A stretch of 64,000 bases of DNA, taken from NCBI GenBank assembly GCA_024421085.1, contig JAHQYN010000001.1, positions 5,009 to 69,008 on the forward strand, read 5' to 3'. Within the stretch, counting starts at the first letter, position 1. Every line of letters starts with the position of its first letter. This document shows, piece after piece, positions 18,201 to 25,597 of the stretch. A program made the translations under genes and the position numbers. The notes beneath the pieces were generated by a model. It did no database searches, had not been told where the DNA came from, and saw nothing but the letters and a program-made list of their open reading frames with translations. Source of the DNA: Acidimicrobiia bacterium. GTDB taxonomy: Bacteria; Actinomycetota; Acidimicrobiia; Acidimicrobiales; Aldehydirespiratoraceae.

Positions 18201-18525
18201 ACAGGGTCGGATCCACGCCGAGCTGGAACATCTGCTCGAGACCGGCAGCCCGCCATTTCCGACGGTCGCCTCAGAGCAGCCGAAAGTCAGAGGTTCGAAT
18301 CCCACCGAGCGAAGAGAGTCGGCGCTCAAGTACCTCGAGGCCAACGACGGCTGGTTCTGGGATCAAAAGACCAAACGCAACGAAGGCAAGATATTCCACA
18401 AAGGACGCGACGGTCGCGCCGACGAGGGTGTGCCGACGATGGAGTTGGTTGAATTGCTGGGGAAGTGTTACAGCGAACTTCACATGCTGTTGAAGGCTGG
18501 CAGCGAGCGGGGCAGCGTGGTATGA
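15247..18525 (+). CDS. Large cytosolic tubulin/FtsZ-like GTPase-domain protein (Tubulin_2-type), 1092 aa
   Basis: ATG at 15247 is preceded by GAGAAAGG. The N-terminus VIFIGCGGSGEKAVRYV resembles the FtsZ/tubulin G1 (T1) loop. VVVCSSMAGGTGAGVALDVVDLLR matches the tubulin signature (S/A/G)GGTG(S/A)G (T4 loop). No signal peptide or TM helix is seen. Confidence 0.7.
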   Translation: MLRPVIFIGCGGSGEKAVRYVRSAVKRTLDQAAWQNGMPDSWQFIALDTLTTQENPTEIPTIPGNDFLTLSAEFDAYAALHRSLVAGHSGHRGDPELLCGWLPDPDEVNVPLKDGAGQVRAIGRAVGLRSLERTLKPRLEEAFRRAKSGNAELYAVGQCLGLDTELGSDTPEPLVVVCSSMAGGTGAGVALDVVDLLRRSDPLGNYPTLVLFANDIFDFQAKNDSMTANSLGLISEMLAAYWAKPDEIDSPLATSNVQDEGVGPHSAFILGKAGYSGADLGSTQEFYRAVGEALSSWVTSNTVQEQVHNFINVNWQANASQNYGGYPFGREQQLGALSSFGAAKLTVGRERFAQWAKHQLGKQILEGLIQGHLRLAGDLPDGLSDERKVEEAGKIYAEMVYQAWPRWEARPEQFPGLKGARTQFASDEQLRETVSRRKREIKQDLPSGQEAFGEQWRGQLERSGRRRVEEVERTTRELSARDQAWCQDVVHATCRAASQVAAVQSMPVAVAAVTEAATRLNREEVTLLRAAASRDSAKYSKRVAEGLATIARASGTVSSDDPRLDEAVTAVVQGIALHWRSLRLTRAAEVLEHAETQLLGSIADSFRAASAQVGEAYQSDEVKSWPDLEGVPRKYLPSTVEFPLEHHGTWTNSLGHLCAEVAEGGVPYGGRSTDPLRYCLITGTELRADNDEIKPLVHLSQFKRWTPGQPVDMTCDARAEDIIERVERWMNDPGGRFKRFLDEGLAAYLSEHDSDTDRRRVDHVERLRRFRSQLGAAKNRSEPLVSINADLYGQCHDKAIEFTTICSQFPFLEGHPAAEDARKIVGDDAYESGNADTTSVLISQYLKHPIHPLVVRSITDPISDALSATEDPGERASSFWMWRRGRRLDAFVPLPRELLESVIRGFAVARLCGYVTADTDIPIRITTEHGVASFPWPLLSRLSAQNDILPVLLESFSLTYGMVPSAGFRTYDGFKRLYELGEPVTQGRIHAELEHLLETGSPPFPTVASEQPKVRGSNPTERRESALKYLEANDGWFWDQKTKRNEGKIFHKGRDGRADEGVPTMELVELLGKCYSELHMLLKAGSERGSVV

Positions 18526-21257
18526 GCAACTCTGGGCGCCTGGTGGTCTTGGCGTCGTCGGACTCAGAGGAGTTGACGCAGTCGCTCAACGAGAGCCTTG
18601 CCGGTTGGTGCGCGGCGGGCCTGCTCGGCGAGGTGGTCTGGGCACCCGCGTCCGAGTTCGTCGACCAAGGCTACTCGGCGCTGTGTTGGTGCAACGAAGC
18701 CGGTGAGTGGACTCGGCGCACCTTCGGCGTGGCGATGTCGAGGCTCTATCGTGAAGAGGTCTGGCTCGCGGTGCTGCGCCACCCGCACGGGCCCGGGGGG
18801 TCGGTCTCCAAGGGTGCGGCGCGTCGCCGCGAACAGGAGGCCCACGCAGCACTTGAGGAAATGCTGGGATCGGCAATGAGGCTCCGGTCCCTGACCGTGC
18901 AGGTGGCCGACCGAGCGGTTGTCCGCGAGGTCGAGGACTGCATGCCGATCTGGGACTTCCACCTGATCCACGACAGCAGCGTCGAAGCCCACGAGTCGCT
19001 GCCGAGACTGAGGGCCGCCGACCGCGAGGCGTTGAGTCTCTGCGCCCTGGTTGCGCTGTGCGCCGCGGGCGGTTGGAGCAAGGCGGTCAAGAGCCTCGAG
19101 TGGGAGCCGGACCGGTCCGACGGACCGTACAAGCCGGCCCGCTACGTCCACGCCCAGATGAGGATACTCCACGCGCCGCCGGTGCCGGTCTTGGCAACAC
19201 CGAAAGCTCCACCCTGGCCTCTGCCCAACACTGCGGGCGTCACCCGGGCGCGCCCAGTCGAGGTGCCACCCCTGCGGTTGGCCGAGTTCCTCGCCAAGCA
19301 GAGCCGATTCGTCTGCGAACCTCCGCCGCTGGTGCCCGACCCACCGGACCGGTTCAGCCCCCGGCGGGTCTTCAGCCGCCTGTTCGACGCCGTGCCTTGG
19401 CCGGTAGCCGATACCAAGGCTGAACAGGCGCTGAAGCGGCTCGGCGACCGCACCGGGGGATTCACCGAGGCGTCGAGGGGGGAGTCGCGGCTCAAGCTTG
19501 ACGACACCGCGGACCTGCCGAGCCTGATCCAACACCTCGAACGCAGCGATTTCGTCGACATCGGGCTCTCGCACAGGCTCGCCCTGAATCCCGAGGCTTG
19601 GCAGACCATGCGTGAGACGATGTTCGGTCTGGTTGACGGCGGCCCGTTGCCTGCTGGAGTGACGCATCCCGCACTGTCGATCGACGGCGACTCCAAGCGA
19701 TTGATCTGGACCGACCCGAGCGGTGTGGCACCGCCGGTCGCGCCCGCCGAAGCCACGGACCTGTTGGCCGAACCTGAACCGCCTGAACCCCCTGCATCGT
19801 CAATGCCTGATGAGTCAATGCCTGATGACGGGCCCGCAGTCGGGAACGGGCGCTATCGATTCGCTTCGGACAACGACGAGGAACAAACCGATTCCGAGGA
19901 GTCCAAAGAGCCTCCGCGTCGCAGTTTCCGAGAGCGCTTCGACAAAGCCGAGCCCACGCCGGAGCCTCCCGAGCGGGTCGCGCCGCGTGACACGCTTATG
20001 GAGAGGCTGGCCGACACGCTGCGCCGGGGACTGCTCGAGGCCCAGCGCGGCTTCAGAAAGAACTGCGGACGGGTCTCGGTGGCCGACGCATACGACGACG
20101 CGCGCGCTGCCCAGAGGTCGGTCAGGTTTCGGCTGCTGTCTTTGGCGTTGCTCCTGGTCGTCGCGCTCGCCTACGCCATCGACCAACGCTGGTCGTACCT
20201 GGCACGCGTCTGGGAGTTCGCCACGCCTTTCGAGGCTCTGACCAACGGGGGGACCTCGTCTCCTTTGGCGGAATGGTACGTTCTGATCCCCTTGTACCTG
20301 GCCGTGGCAACAGCTCTGCTGTGGAAGCCCCTGCGAAAATTGAACGAGAATTTTCAGCGCTTCGAGTACCTCAGTGCGCGGCGCGAACGCCTCGGCAGAC
20401 ACTGCGGGCACTACGCAGTCGAACTGGTGAGACTGTACAACAGTGCCCAGCAGTTCAGCGACCACCGGTCGATCATCACCGAGTTTCTGCATCGCCCGTT
20501 CGGACCGTTGCCGAACGCACGGGACTCCGCGCTGTCGCCTGATGATCTGGCCTTCCAGTCGCCGCCGCCGCACTCGATGCTGGTCGCCTGCGCCGAGGTG
20601 ACGCCCCCGAGACTCGATGCCCTGCGACGGCGCAAACAGGAATCAGCGGTTGATTCGGGATGGTTGACCGACTGCTACCACCGGGTGTATCGGGCATGGT
20701 CCGATCGCTACCGGGAGCGGTTCCTCGGCAACTTCGACGATCCGGACCACGACATACTGCCGCGCGACAGCGTGGCCCGCCGAGACCGGCACGACCACAG
20801 CGACGTCTACGGCGCCCGGACCGAATTTTCCAAAGGTGTCGCTGCGGACCCGGACGACGAGGGGAGCGGCTGGGCGGTCCGACAGGCGACCGACGACCAG
20901 GTGGTCCGCTATCAAGACGACGAATTGGCTGACGAGTACCTGGAGTTGTTCGAGTCGATCAAGTCGGTGCATGGTCTTCAGCCCGGGATCGACGCCAAGT
21001 CCTTCTTCACCTTCGCCGATCAGCCGCACCGCTTCGACTGGAACGACCTGCTGCGTCCGGGAGCGCATCGGCCGGCCGAGAGTTCACAGCCGTTGCCGAC
21101 CCGAAGGTATGTGATACCCGACGCTGCCGAGGGTCGGTCGCTGGTGGTCGGGTGGCGCCTCGACCTGTCGGGCGCAGTGCGTCCCCAGGACCAGATCGGT
21201 TGGCAGGACGAGGGCCATGACGACCGGCCGACCAGCACCGCGGGGTCCGTCGTTTGA
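18522..21257 (+). CDS. 911-aa membrane protein of unknown function (large N- and C-terminal soluble regions around a 2-TM hairpin, with a Pro/acidic linker)
   Basis: ATG at 18522 overlaps the upstream stop (ATGA at 18522-18525). TM candidates are FRLLSLALLLVVALAYAI and WYVLIPLYLAVATALLW. I recognise no catalytic motif. Confidence 0.6.
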   Translation: MSNSGRLVVLASSDSEELTQSLNESLAGWCAAGLLGEVVWAPASEFVDQGYSALCWCNEAGEWTRRTFGVAMSRLYREEVWLAVLRHPHGPGGSVSKGAARRREQEAHAALEEMLGSAMRLRSLTVQVADRAVVREVEDCMPIWDFHLIHDSSVEAHESLPRLRAADREALSLCALVALCAAGGWSKAVKSLEWEPDRSDGPYKPARYVHAQMRILHAPPVPVLATPKAPPWPLPNTAGVTRARPVEVPPLRLAEFLAKQSRFVCEPPPLVPDPPDRFSPRRVFSRLFDAVPWPVADTKAEQALKRLGDRTGGFTEASRGESRLKLDDTADLPSLIQHLERSDFVDIGLSHRLALNPEAWQTMRETMFGLVDGGPLPAGVTHPALSIDGDSKRLIWTDPSGVAPPVAPAEATDLLAEPEPPEPPASSMPDESMPDDGPAVGNGRYRFASDNDEEQTDSEESKEPPRRSFRERFDKAEPTPEPPERVAPRDTLMERLADTLRRGLLEAQRGFRKNCGRVSVADAYDDARAAQRSVRFRLLSLALLLVVALAYAIDQRWSYLARVWEFATPFEALTNGGTSSPLAEWYVLIPLYLAVATALLWKPLRKLNENFQRFEYLSARRERLGRHCGHYAVELVRLYNSAQQFSDHRSIITEFLHRPFGPLPNARDSALSPDDLAFQSPPPHSMLVACAEVTPPRLDALRRRKQESAVDSGWLTDCYHRVYRAWSDRYRERFLGNFDDPDHDILPRDSVARRDRHDHSDVYGARTEFSKGVAADPDDEGSGWAVRQATDDQVVRYQDDELADEYLELFESIKSVHGLQPGIDAKSFFTFADQPHRFDWNDLLRPGAHRPAESSQPLPTRRYVIPDAAEGRSLVVGWRLDLSGAVRPQDQIGWQDEGHDDRPTSTAGSVV

Positions 21258-23002
21258 GACCTGAGGATCCGTTCTGCTCGGCTTCAGACGATGAGGGTCG
21301 CGACGATCCGTTCACCGAGCCGGACGGTTTCTTCTCGGCTTCAGACGATGAGGGTGGCGATGGCCGGTTCACCGAGCCGGACGGTTTCTTCTCGGCTTCA
21401 GACGATGAGGGTGGCGACGACCGGTTCTCCGAGCCGGACGGTTTCTTCTCGGTTTCAGACGATGAGGGTGGCGATGGCCGGTTCTCCGAGCCGGACGGTT
21501 TCTTCTCGGCTTCAGACGATGAGGGTGGCGATGACCGGTTCTCCGAGCCGGACGCTTTTGACCCCGACGTGTGCAGTCGGAGCGGCGCGGGCCGAGCCGC
21601 TGGGTCCTTTGCACACGGTCGACGGGTCGATCGGAGGTTGGTTGATCTGAGGCTGTTGGTCGCGGGCGCGGCGCTGGTCGCGGCCGTTGTCGCCGCTGGT
21701 GTCGTCGCATCGCTGAGCAACGGCGGCGAGGTGTCAACAACTCCCGACGCTTCCCCGGTGCCTACAGCGGTGCCCTCAACGGTGCCTCCCACGACGCTTG
21801 GGGGGCCCGCAGAACCGGCGCCGACCAGCATCGCCGCGAACGGGGCCGACGCACCCCGAGTGCCGGACCCGGCACCGGACGCACCGGACGCGCTGCTTGG
21901 ATGCGACGACCGGAGCGGCGACGATCCTCATGGTCTGGTCAGGGTCGACGAGATCACCGAGCGGCTCAGTTTCTGTGGTGAGGAGACCTGGCAAGTGTTC
22001 GTTTGCAGTGCGCGGGAATCGGACCGAGCAGATCGGGTCGCCTATGTTGATGACGTATTGGGGGAGGCGGCCGAGTGGTTCGAGTGGGCCAGCGCCGGCC
22101 AATACGACATCGACTTCTCCGCCGGAGACGACACCAGGGCGGTGTCCGGCGGCACCGCCGGCCCGCAGGAGTGTTTCGAGGAGGTTCTGCAAAATCAGTG
22201 GAGTGAATCGCGCAGCGGAGCGCTGGTCCTCGTCGATGAGGCCGCGCTCGATCCGCTGGGGGGATGGGCCGGAGTCGGCACCTGCGGATACATAGGCTCC
22301 ACAAGCGCCCGCGAGTTCGGCGAGAGTGGCAGGATGGTCGCCATCGCGGTGCATGCACGAGGTGACCAGAGTGCGATTGCGGTACACGAGCTGGGGCATG
22401 CCCAATGTTGGCCGCACTCGTACTCCGGTGAGACCGGCTCGGAGTACGACAATCCCGCAGACGTCTTGTCCTCAGGCCAGAACTGGCCCGTGGGAACGAT
22501 TGCGGTGAACCGCTATGCGTCGGGCTGGATACACCCCGACGCAGTCCGCGTCCATCGCAGCTCCACCGGTGCCTACACGCTGTCGCCATGCTGCAGCGGG
22601 GGAGTGCAGATGCTTGCCCTCCTCCCACAAGAAGCGTCCGAGCAGCCAGTTGATTTCAACCGGCGATGGTGGCACCTCGAAGTGCGCGACCCCCAAGACG
22701 ACTGGGAACGGGGTCTCGCAGACACTGAGGTCGGGACACAACTCGGGGTCTCGGTCCACTGGATCGACCAGAGCGTCGGGTTGGGCCCCGAACGGCGCCA
22801 GGCTCAAGTCGGCAATCAGGCCGGCTTTGAGTTCGGCGTTCCTGTGCGTTTCGGTCGATTGAGGGCCGTCGGCAGCGAGTTCTGCCTGCATTCCGACCAA
22901 CCGAGGGCGTTGCTCGACTGCAGCAGTGCTCACCACTGGCGGGTCGAGGTGAGTGCTTCGCAGGCCGGGGGCCTGAGCCTCACGCTGACTCCAGGCTCGT
23001 AA
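21254..23002 (+). CDS. Membrane-anchored zinc metalloprotease-like protein (metzincin-type HExxHxxxxxH spacing) with a cytosolic acidic 19-aa repeat tail
   Basis: The TTG start overlaps the upstream stop (TTGA at 21254-21257). It has five 19-aa repeats (DPFTEPDGFFSASDDEGGD-like), a TM helix LLVAGAALVAAVVAAGVVASL, and then AIAVHELGHAQCWPHSY. Confidence 0.65.
   Translation: MRPEDPFCSASDDEGRDDPFTEPDGFFSASDDEGGDGRFTEPDGFFSASDDEGGDDRFSEPDGFFSVSDDEGGDGRFSEPDGFFSASDDEGGDDRFSEPDAFDPDVCSRSGAGRAAGSFAHGRRVDRRLVDLRLLVAGAALVAAVVAAGVVASLSNGGEVSTTPDASPVPTAVPSTVPPTTLGGPAEPAPTSIAANGADAPRVPDPAPDAPDALLGCDDRSGDDPHGLVRVDEITERLSFCGEETWQVFVCSARESDRADRVAYVDDVLGEAAEWFEWASAGQYDIDFSAGDDTRAVSGGTAGPQECFEEVLQNQWSESRSGALVLVDEAALDPLGGWAGVGTCGYIGSTSAREFGESGRMVAIAVHARGDQSAIAVHELGHAQCWPHSYSGETGSEYDNPADVLSSGQNWPVGTIAVNRYASGWIHPDAVRVHRSSTGAYTLSPCCSGGVQMLALLPQEASEQPVDFNRRWWHLEVRDPQDDWERGLADTEVGTQLGVSVHWIDQSVGLGPERRQAQVGNQAGFEFGVPVRFGRLRAVGSEFCLHSDQPRALLDCSSAHHWRVEVSASQAGGLSLTLTPGS
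21266..21565. repeat. 57-bp tandem repeat, about 5 copies, in frame within the 5' end of the protease gene
   Basis: Unit starts are at 21305, 21362, 21419, 21476 and 21533, plus a truncated first unit at 21266. The differences are mostly D/G and T/S codon changes. Confidence 0.9.
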
Positions 23003-23011
23003 CCGTCGTCG

Positions 23012-23110
23012 TTGTGGCCGTGCCGGACTGCTCGGAGTGCCAACGTTCGCCGGGGTCGTAGTGATCCATGTCCTGCTTTGTGGCCGTGCCGGACTGCTCG
23101 GAGTGCCAAC
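23012..23110. repeat. Two perfect 33-bp direct repeats (ttgtggccgtgccggactgctcggagtgccaac) spaced 66 bp start to start, between the operon end and the thioesterase gene
   Basis: Copies at 23012-23044 and 23078-23110, read directly. Confidence 0.9.
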
Positions 23111-23139
23111 TGCAGCGAACCGACGCTACGGTCACCCGA

Positions 23140-23853
23140 ATGCCTGAAGGCCAACAAGGCATCCTGGAGCCTGTTCAACTCAATGGGGCGCTGCGCGAGT
23201 TGATAGAGGTGGTCCGCACCGCCGACCTCGACGGGGTGGACCTCACCGCTGCGATCGCTCGGGTCCGCGCGCTGCGCGACGATCTCGCGCCGTTGGTCGT
23301 GCCGGGAATCCGGATGCAGTCCTGTCTGGTCTTTGACGACGCGGCCGTAGAGCAGGCCCAAGGCGGGGCCGACGGGCCAGCACCACCCGCAGAGCCCAGG
23401 TCAGAAAACCCTTCGGAGTTCTTCCCCTACAGCCCGCTGGTCGGCCCGCTGAACCCGGTCTCGCCGCCCGCGACGATGAGAAGGGTCGCCGTCGACGACC
23501 GTTTCGAGATCCACGGGGAGGCGACTTTCACGTCAGCCTTCAACGGGCCGCCGGACTGCGTCCATGGGGGAGTGGTCGCGGCCCTGTTCGACGAGCTCCT
23601 AGGGTGTGCCTGCGTCGTCAACGGCATCGGCGGCTACACCGGCACGCTGACCGTCGTCTATCGCACACCGACACCTCTGGGCACTGCGCTGACGCTGCGG
23701 GGCTGGGTCGACCGCCGCGAACGCCGCAAAGTGTTCGCTGCGGGCACGATCCACTCCGGTGACACGCTGTGCGCACAGGCCGAAGGGATCTTCGTGCAGT
23801 CCGAGAACCTTCGCAACCCGACCGATCAGCCGGGGTTGACGACGACTTCGTAA
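23140..23853 (+). CDS. PaaI/hotdog-fold thioesterase-like protein
   Basis: ORF 23068-23853. The ATG at 23140 is preferred because it lies downstream of the repeat pair. It carries the CVHGGVVAALFDELLG motif typical of PaaI-type thioesterases. Confidence 0.6.
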   Translation: MPEGQQGILEPVQLNGALRELIEVVRTADLDGVDLTAAIARVRALRDDLAPLVVPGIRMQSCLVFDDAAVEQAQGGADGPAPPAEPRSENPSEFFPYSPLVGPLNPVSPPATMRRVAVDDRFEIHGEATFTSAFNGPPDCVHGGVVAALFDELLGCACVVNGIGGYTGTLTVVYRTPTPLGTALTLRGWVDRRERRKVFAAGTIHSGDTLCAQAEGIFVQSENLRNPTDQPGLTTTS

Positions 23854-24782
23854 CCGGGCTGTTCGGGTTCCTCGTCGATCAACTCGGGCGGGAATCCGGG
23901 AGCGCGGAAATCGGATCCGGCAGCTTCCTCAGAGCGCTGCACGACCCGCGGGCTCAGTGCACGGGGCCCGTACCTTGCGGCTGCATCGTCGAACATCGCC
24001 GCTACGACGGGCGCTACCTCGAGCGCCAGGTCGGCACGCTCGGCTAGGCCCAGGAACAGGCTCATGTCCTTTTGCACCAGATCAAGGGTGAAGCCGATGT
24101 CGTAGGAACCGTTCAAGATCACCTGACCCTCGGTCTCGTGCACGAACGAAGTGCCCGAGGAGATGCGGATCGCCTCATACGTGGTGGCAAGGTCGATTCC
24201 CGACTGCTGTGCTGCCGCGAAGGCCTCACCGATCGACGCCAGGTTGACCGAGGCGAGATAGTTGGTCACGACCTTGAGGATCGAGGCCGACCCCAGCGGA
24301 CCCGTATGGAGGATCTTCCGGCCCATCATCGCCAGAATCGGCAGCGCCAGATCGAACGCTTCCCTGGAACCGCCACAGAAGATCGAGATGTTCCCCGTAG
24401 CAGCACGATGGCAGCCCCCCGACACCGGGCACTCGACCGGGGTGGCCCGGCGTGCTTCAGCGAGACCCGCAAGACGGCGGACCTCGGCGGAGTCGGTGGT
24501 CGACATCTCCAACCAGAGCTTGCCCTCGCCGAGCCCCGCGAGCACTCCGTCGTCTGCCTCCATGACCTCGGCGCAGACTGTCGGCGACGGCAGGCAGGTG
24601 ATCACCGCGTCGCAGCGTTCGGCGAGTTCTTTGGGCGACGAGGCTCGGCTCGCGCCGCGGTCGGTGAAGGACCGCACCACGGCCTCGTCGAGGTCGCGCA
24701 CCACGAGGTCGACTCCGTTGCGCAAGAGGCTTCCGGCGAGCTTGCTGCCGAGGTTGCCCAGTCCTGCAAATCCGATCCTCAT
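23826..24782 (-). CDS. NAD(P)-dependent 3-hydroxyisobutyrate/6-phosphogluconate dehydrogenase-family oxidoreductase
   Basis: 318 aa. The N-terminal MRIGFAGLGNLGSKLA is a GxGxxG Rossmann motif, and the beta-hydroxyacid dehydrogenase pattern appears downstream. Confidence 0.8.
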   Translation of the reverse strand: MRIGFAGLGNLGSKLAGSLLRNGVDLVVRDLDEAVVRSFTDRGASRASSPKELAERCDAVITCLPSPTVCAEVMEADDGVLAGLGEGKLWLEMSTTDSAEVRRLAGLAEARRATPVECPVSGGCHRAATGNISIFCGGSREAFDLALPILAMMGRKILHTGPLGSASILKVVTNYLASVNLASIGEAFAAAQQSGIDLATTYEAIRISSGTSFVHETEGQVILNGSYDIGFTLDLVQKDMSLFLGLAERADLALEVAPVVAAMFDDAAARYGPRALSPRVVQRSEEAAGSDFRAPGFPPELIDEEPEQPGYEVVVNPG

Positions 24783-24934
24783 GATGCACTCCGTTCGCGG
24801 CTGGGCGCGTCAACGTGGGCAGGTCCACGCTAGCTTACGCCGAAACCCACAACAGTTGGTGGTTGAAGAGACGATGTTGACCACCTTGACTGAATGTGTT
24901 GCATTATTGGTGGTCTGATCCGTACGATGGTCAT

Positions 24935-25597
24935 ATGCCTACCGCCACCTCCCAATCACGGGCATGGCTCGACGATCTGCCCGGCGGTGAGTTCTTCTTC
25001 GCATCGGAGGTGCCCGGACGGTCCAGCGTCGTGCGTCCGCTGCTCAGCCGGCTGTCAGCAGACGAGAGGAGCCCGATCCACCGCGAGATGCAAGGTTTCT
25101 ATTCGAAACTGTGGCACGAGGCCGACGAGCCGCGAGTGCCGTACGCGGATCGCGTCTACGGATCGTTGAAGCTCGCCGGCCCGGGTGGTGGTGGTGCATC
25201 AGGTTTTGCCCTCAACTGGCTCGGCTGGACGCTCCAGCATCCCTGCAGGTACGACTTCGCCGTTGTGGGGCGGCCCCCGACGTCGCCATGGAAGTTCGCT
25301 CGCTTCCATCGTCGCAGCAATAAGTCTCGACTTGGATTGTCTTGGGCCGAAGTGACGCTCGTCGAAGCGGTCCGTGCGTTCGGAATTCTGGAGTGCCTTC
25401 CATGGGATGCCGCAATGGACATGCTGCGCTCGGGTGTGTCGCAGCATCGGCTCGGCGTCGGCGCTGTCCTCCGCCAAGATGCCCTGCTGGCGGCAGCGGC
25501 CGATGAGCGTTCGCAGCCGCGAGAATTTCATGTGAGGCTCGGTGATGCAGTTCAAGCGCTTCCCGGGCCAGTTGCCATTGCGTCCTCGGCGGCATGA
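24935..25597 (+). CDS. abiEi: AbiEi-like antitoxin (type IV toxin-antitoxin)
   Basis: The winged-helix-like N-terminus FFFASEVPGRSSVVRPLLSRLSADERSPIHREMQGFY resembles AbiEi. The stop overlaps the ATG of the nucleotidyltransferase gene (ATGA at 25594-25597). Confidence 0.55.
   Translation: MPTATSQSRAWLDDLPGGEFFFASEVPGRSSVVRPLLSRLSADERSPIHREMQGFYSKLWHEADEPRVPYADRVYGSLKLAGPGGGGASGFALNWLGWTLQHPCRYDFAVVGRPPTSPWKFARFHRRSNKSRLGLSWAEVTLVEAVRAFGILECLPWDAAMDMLRSGVSQHRLGVGAVLRQDALLAAAADERSQPREFHVRLGDAVQALPGPVAIASSAA

Noticed and set aside
21266-21565. Tandem repeat arrays (here and at 3761, 29977, 46861, 47521, 48480 and 55931), considered as CRISPR arrays.
   Set aside because: The units are directly adjacent with no unique spacers. 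Most are in-frame coding repeats, and no cas genes are present.
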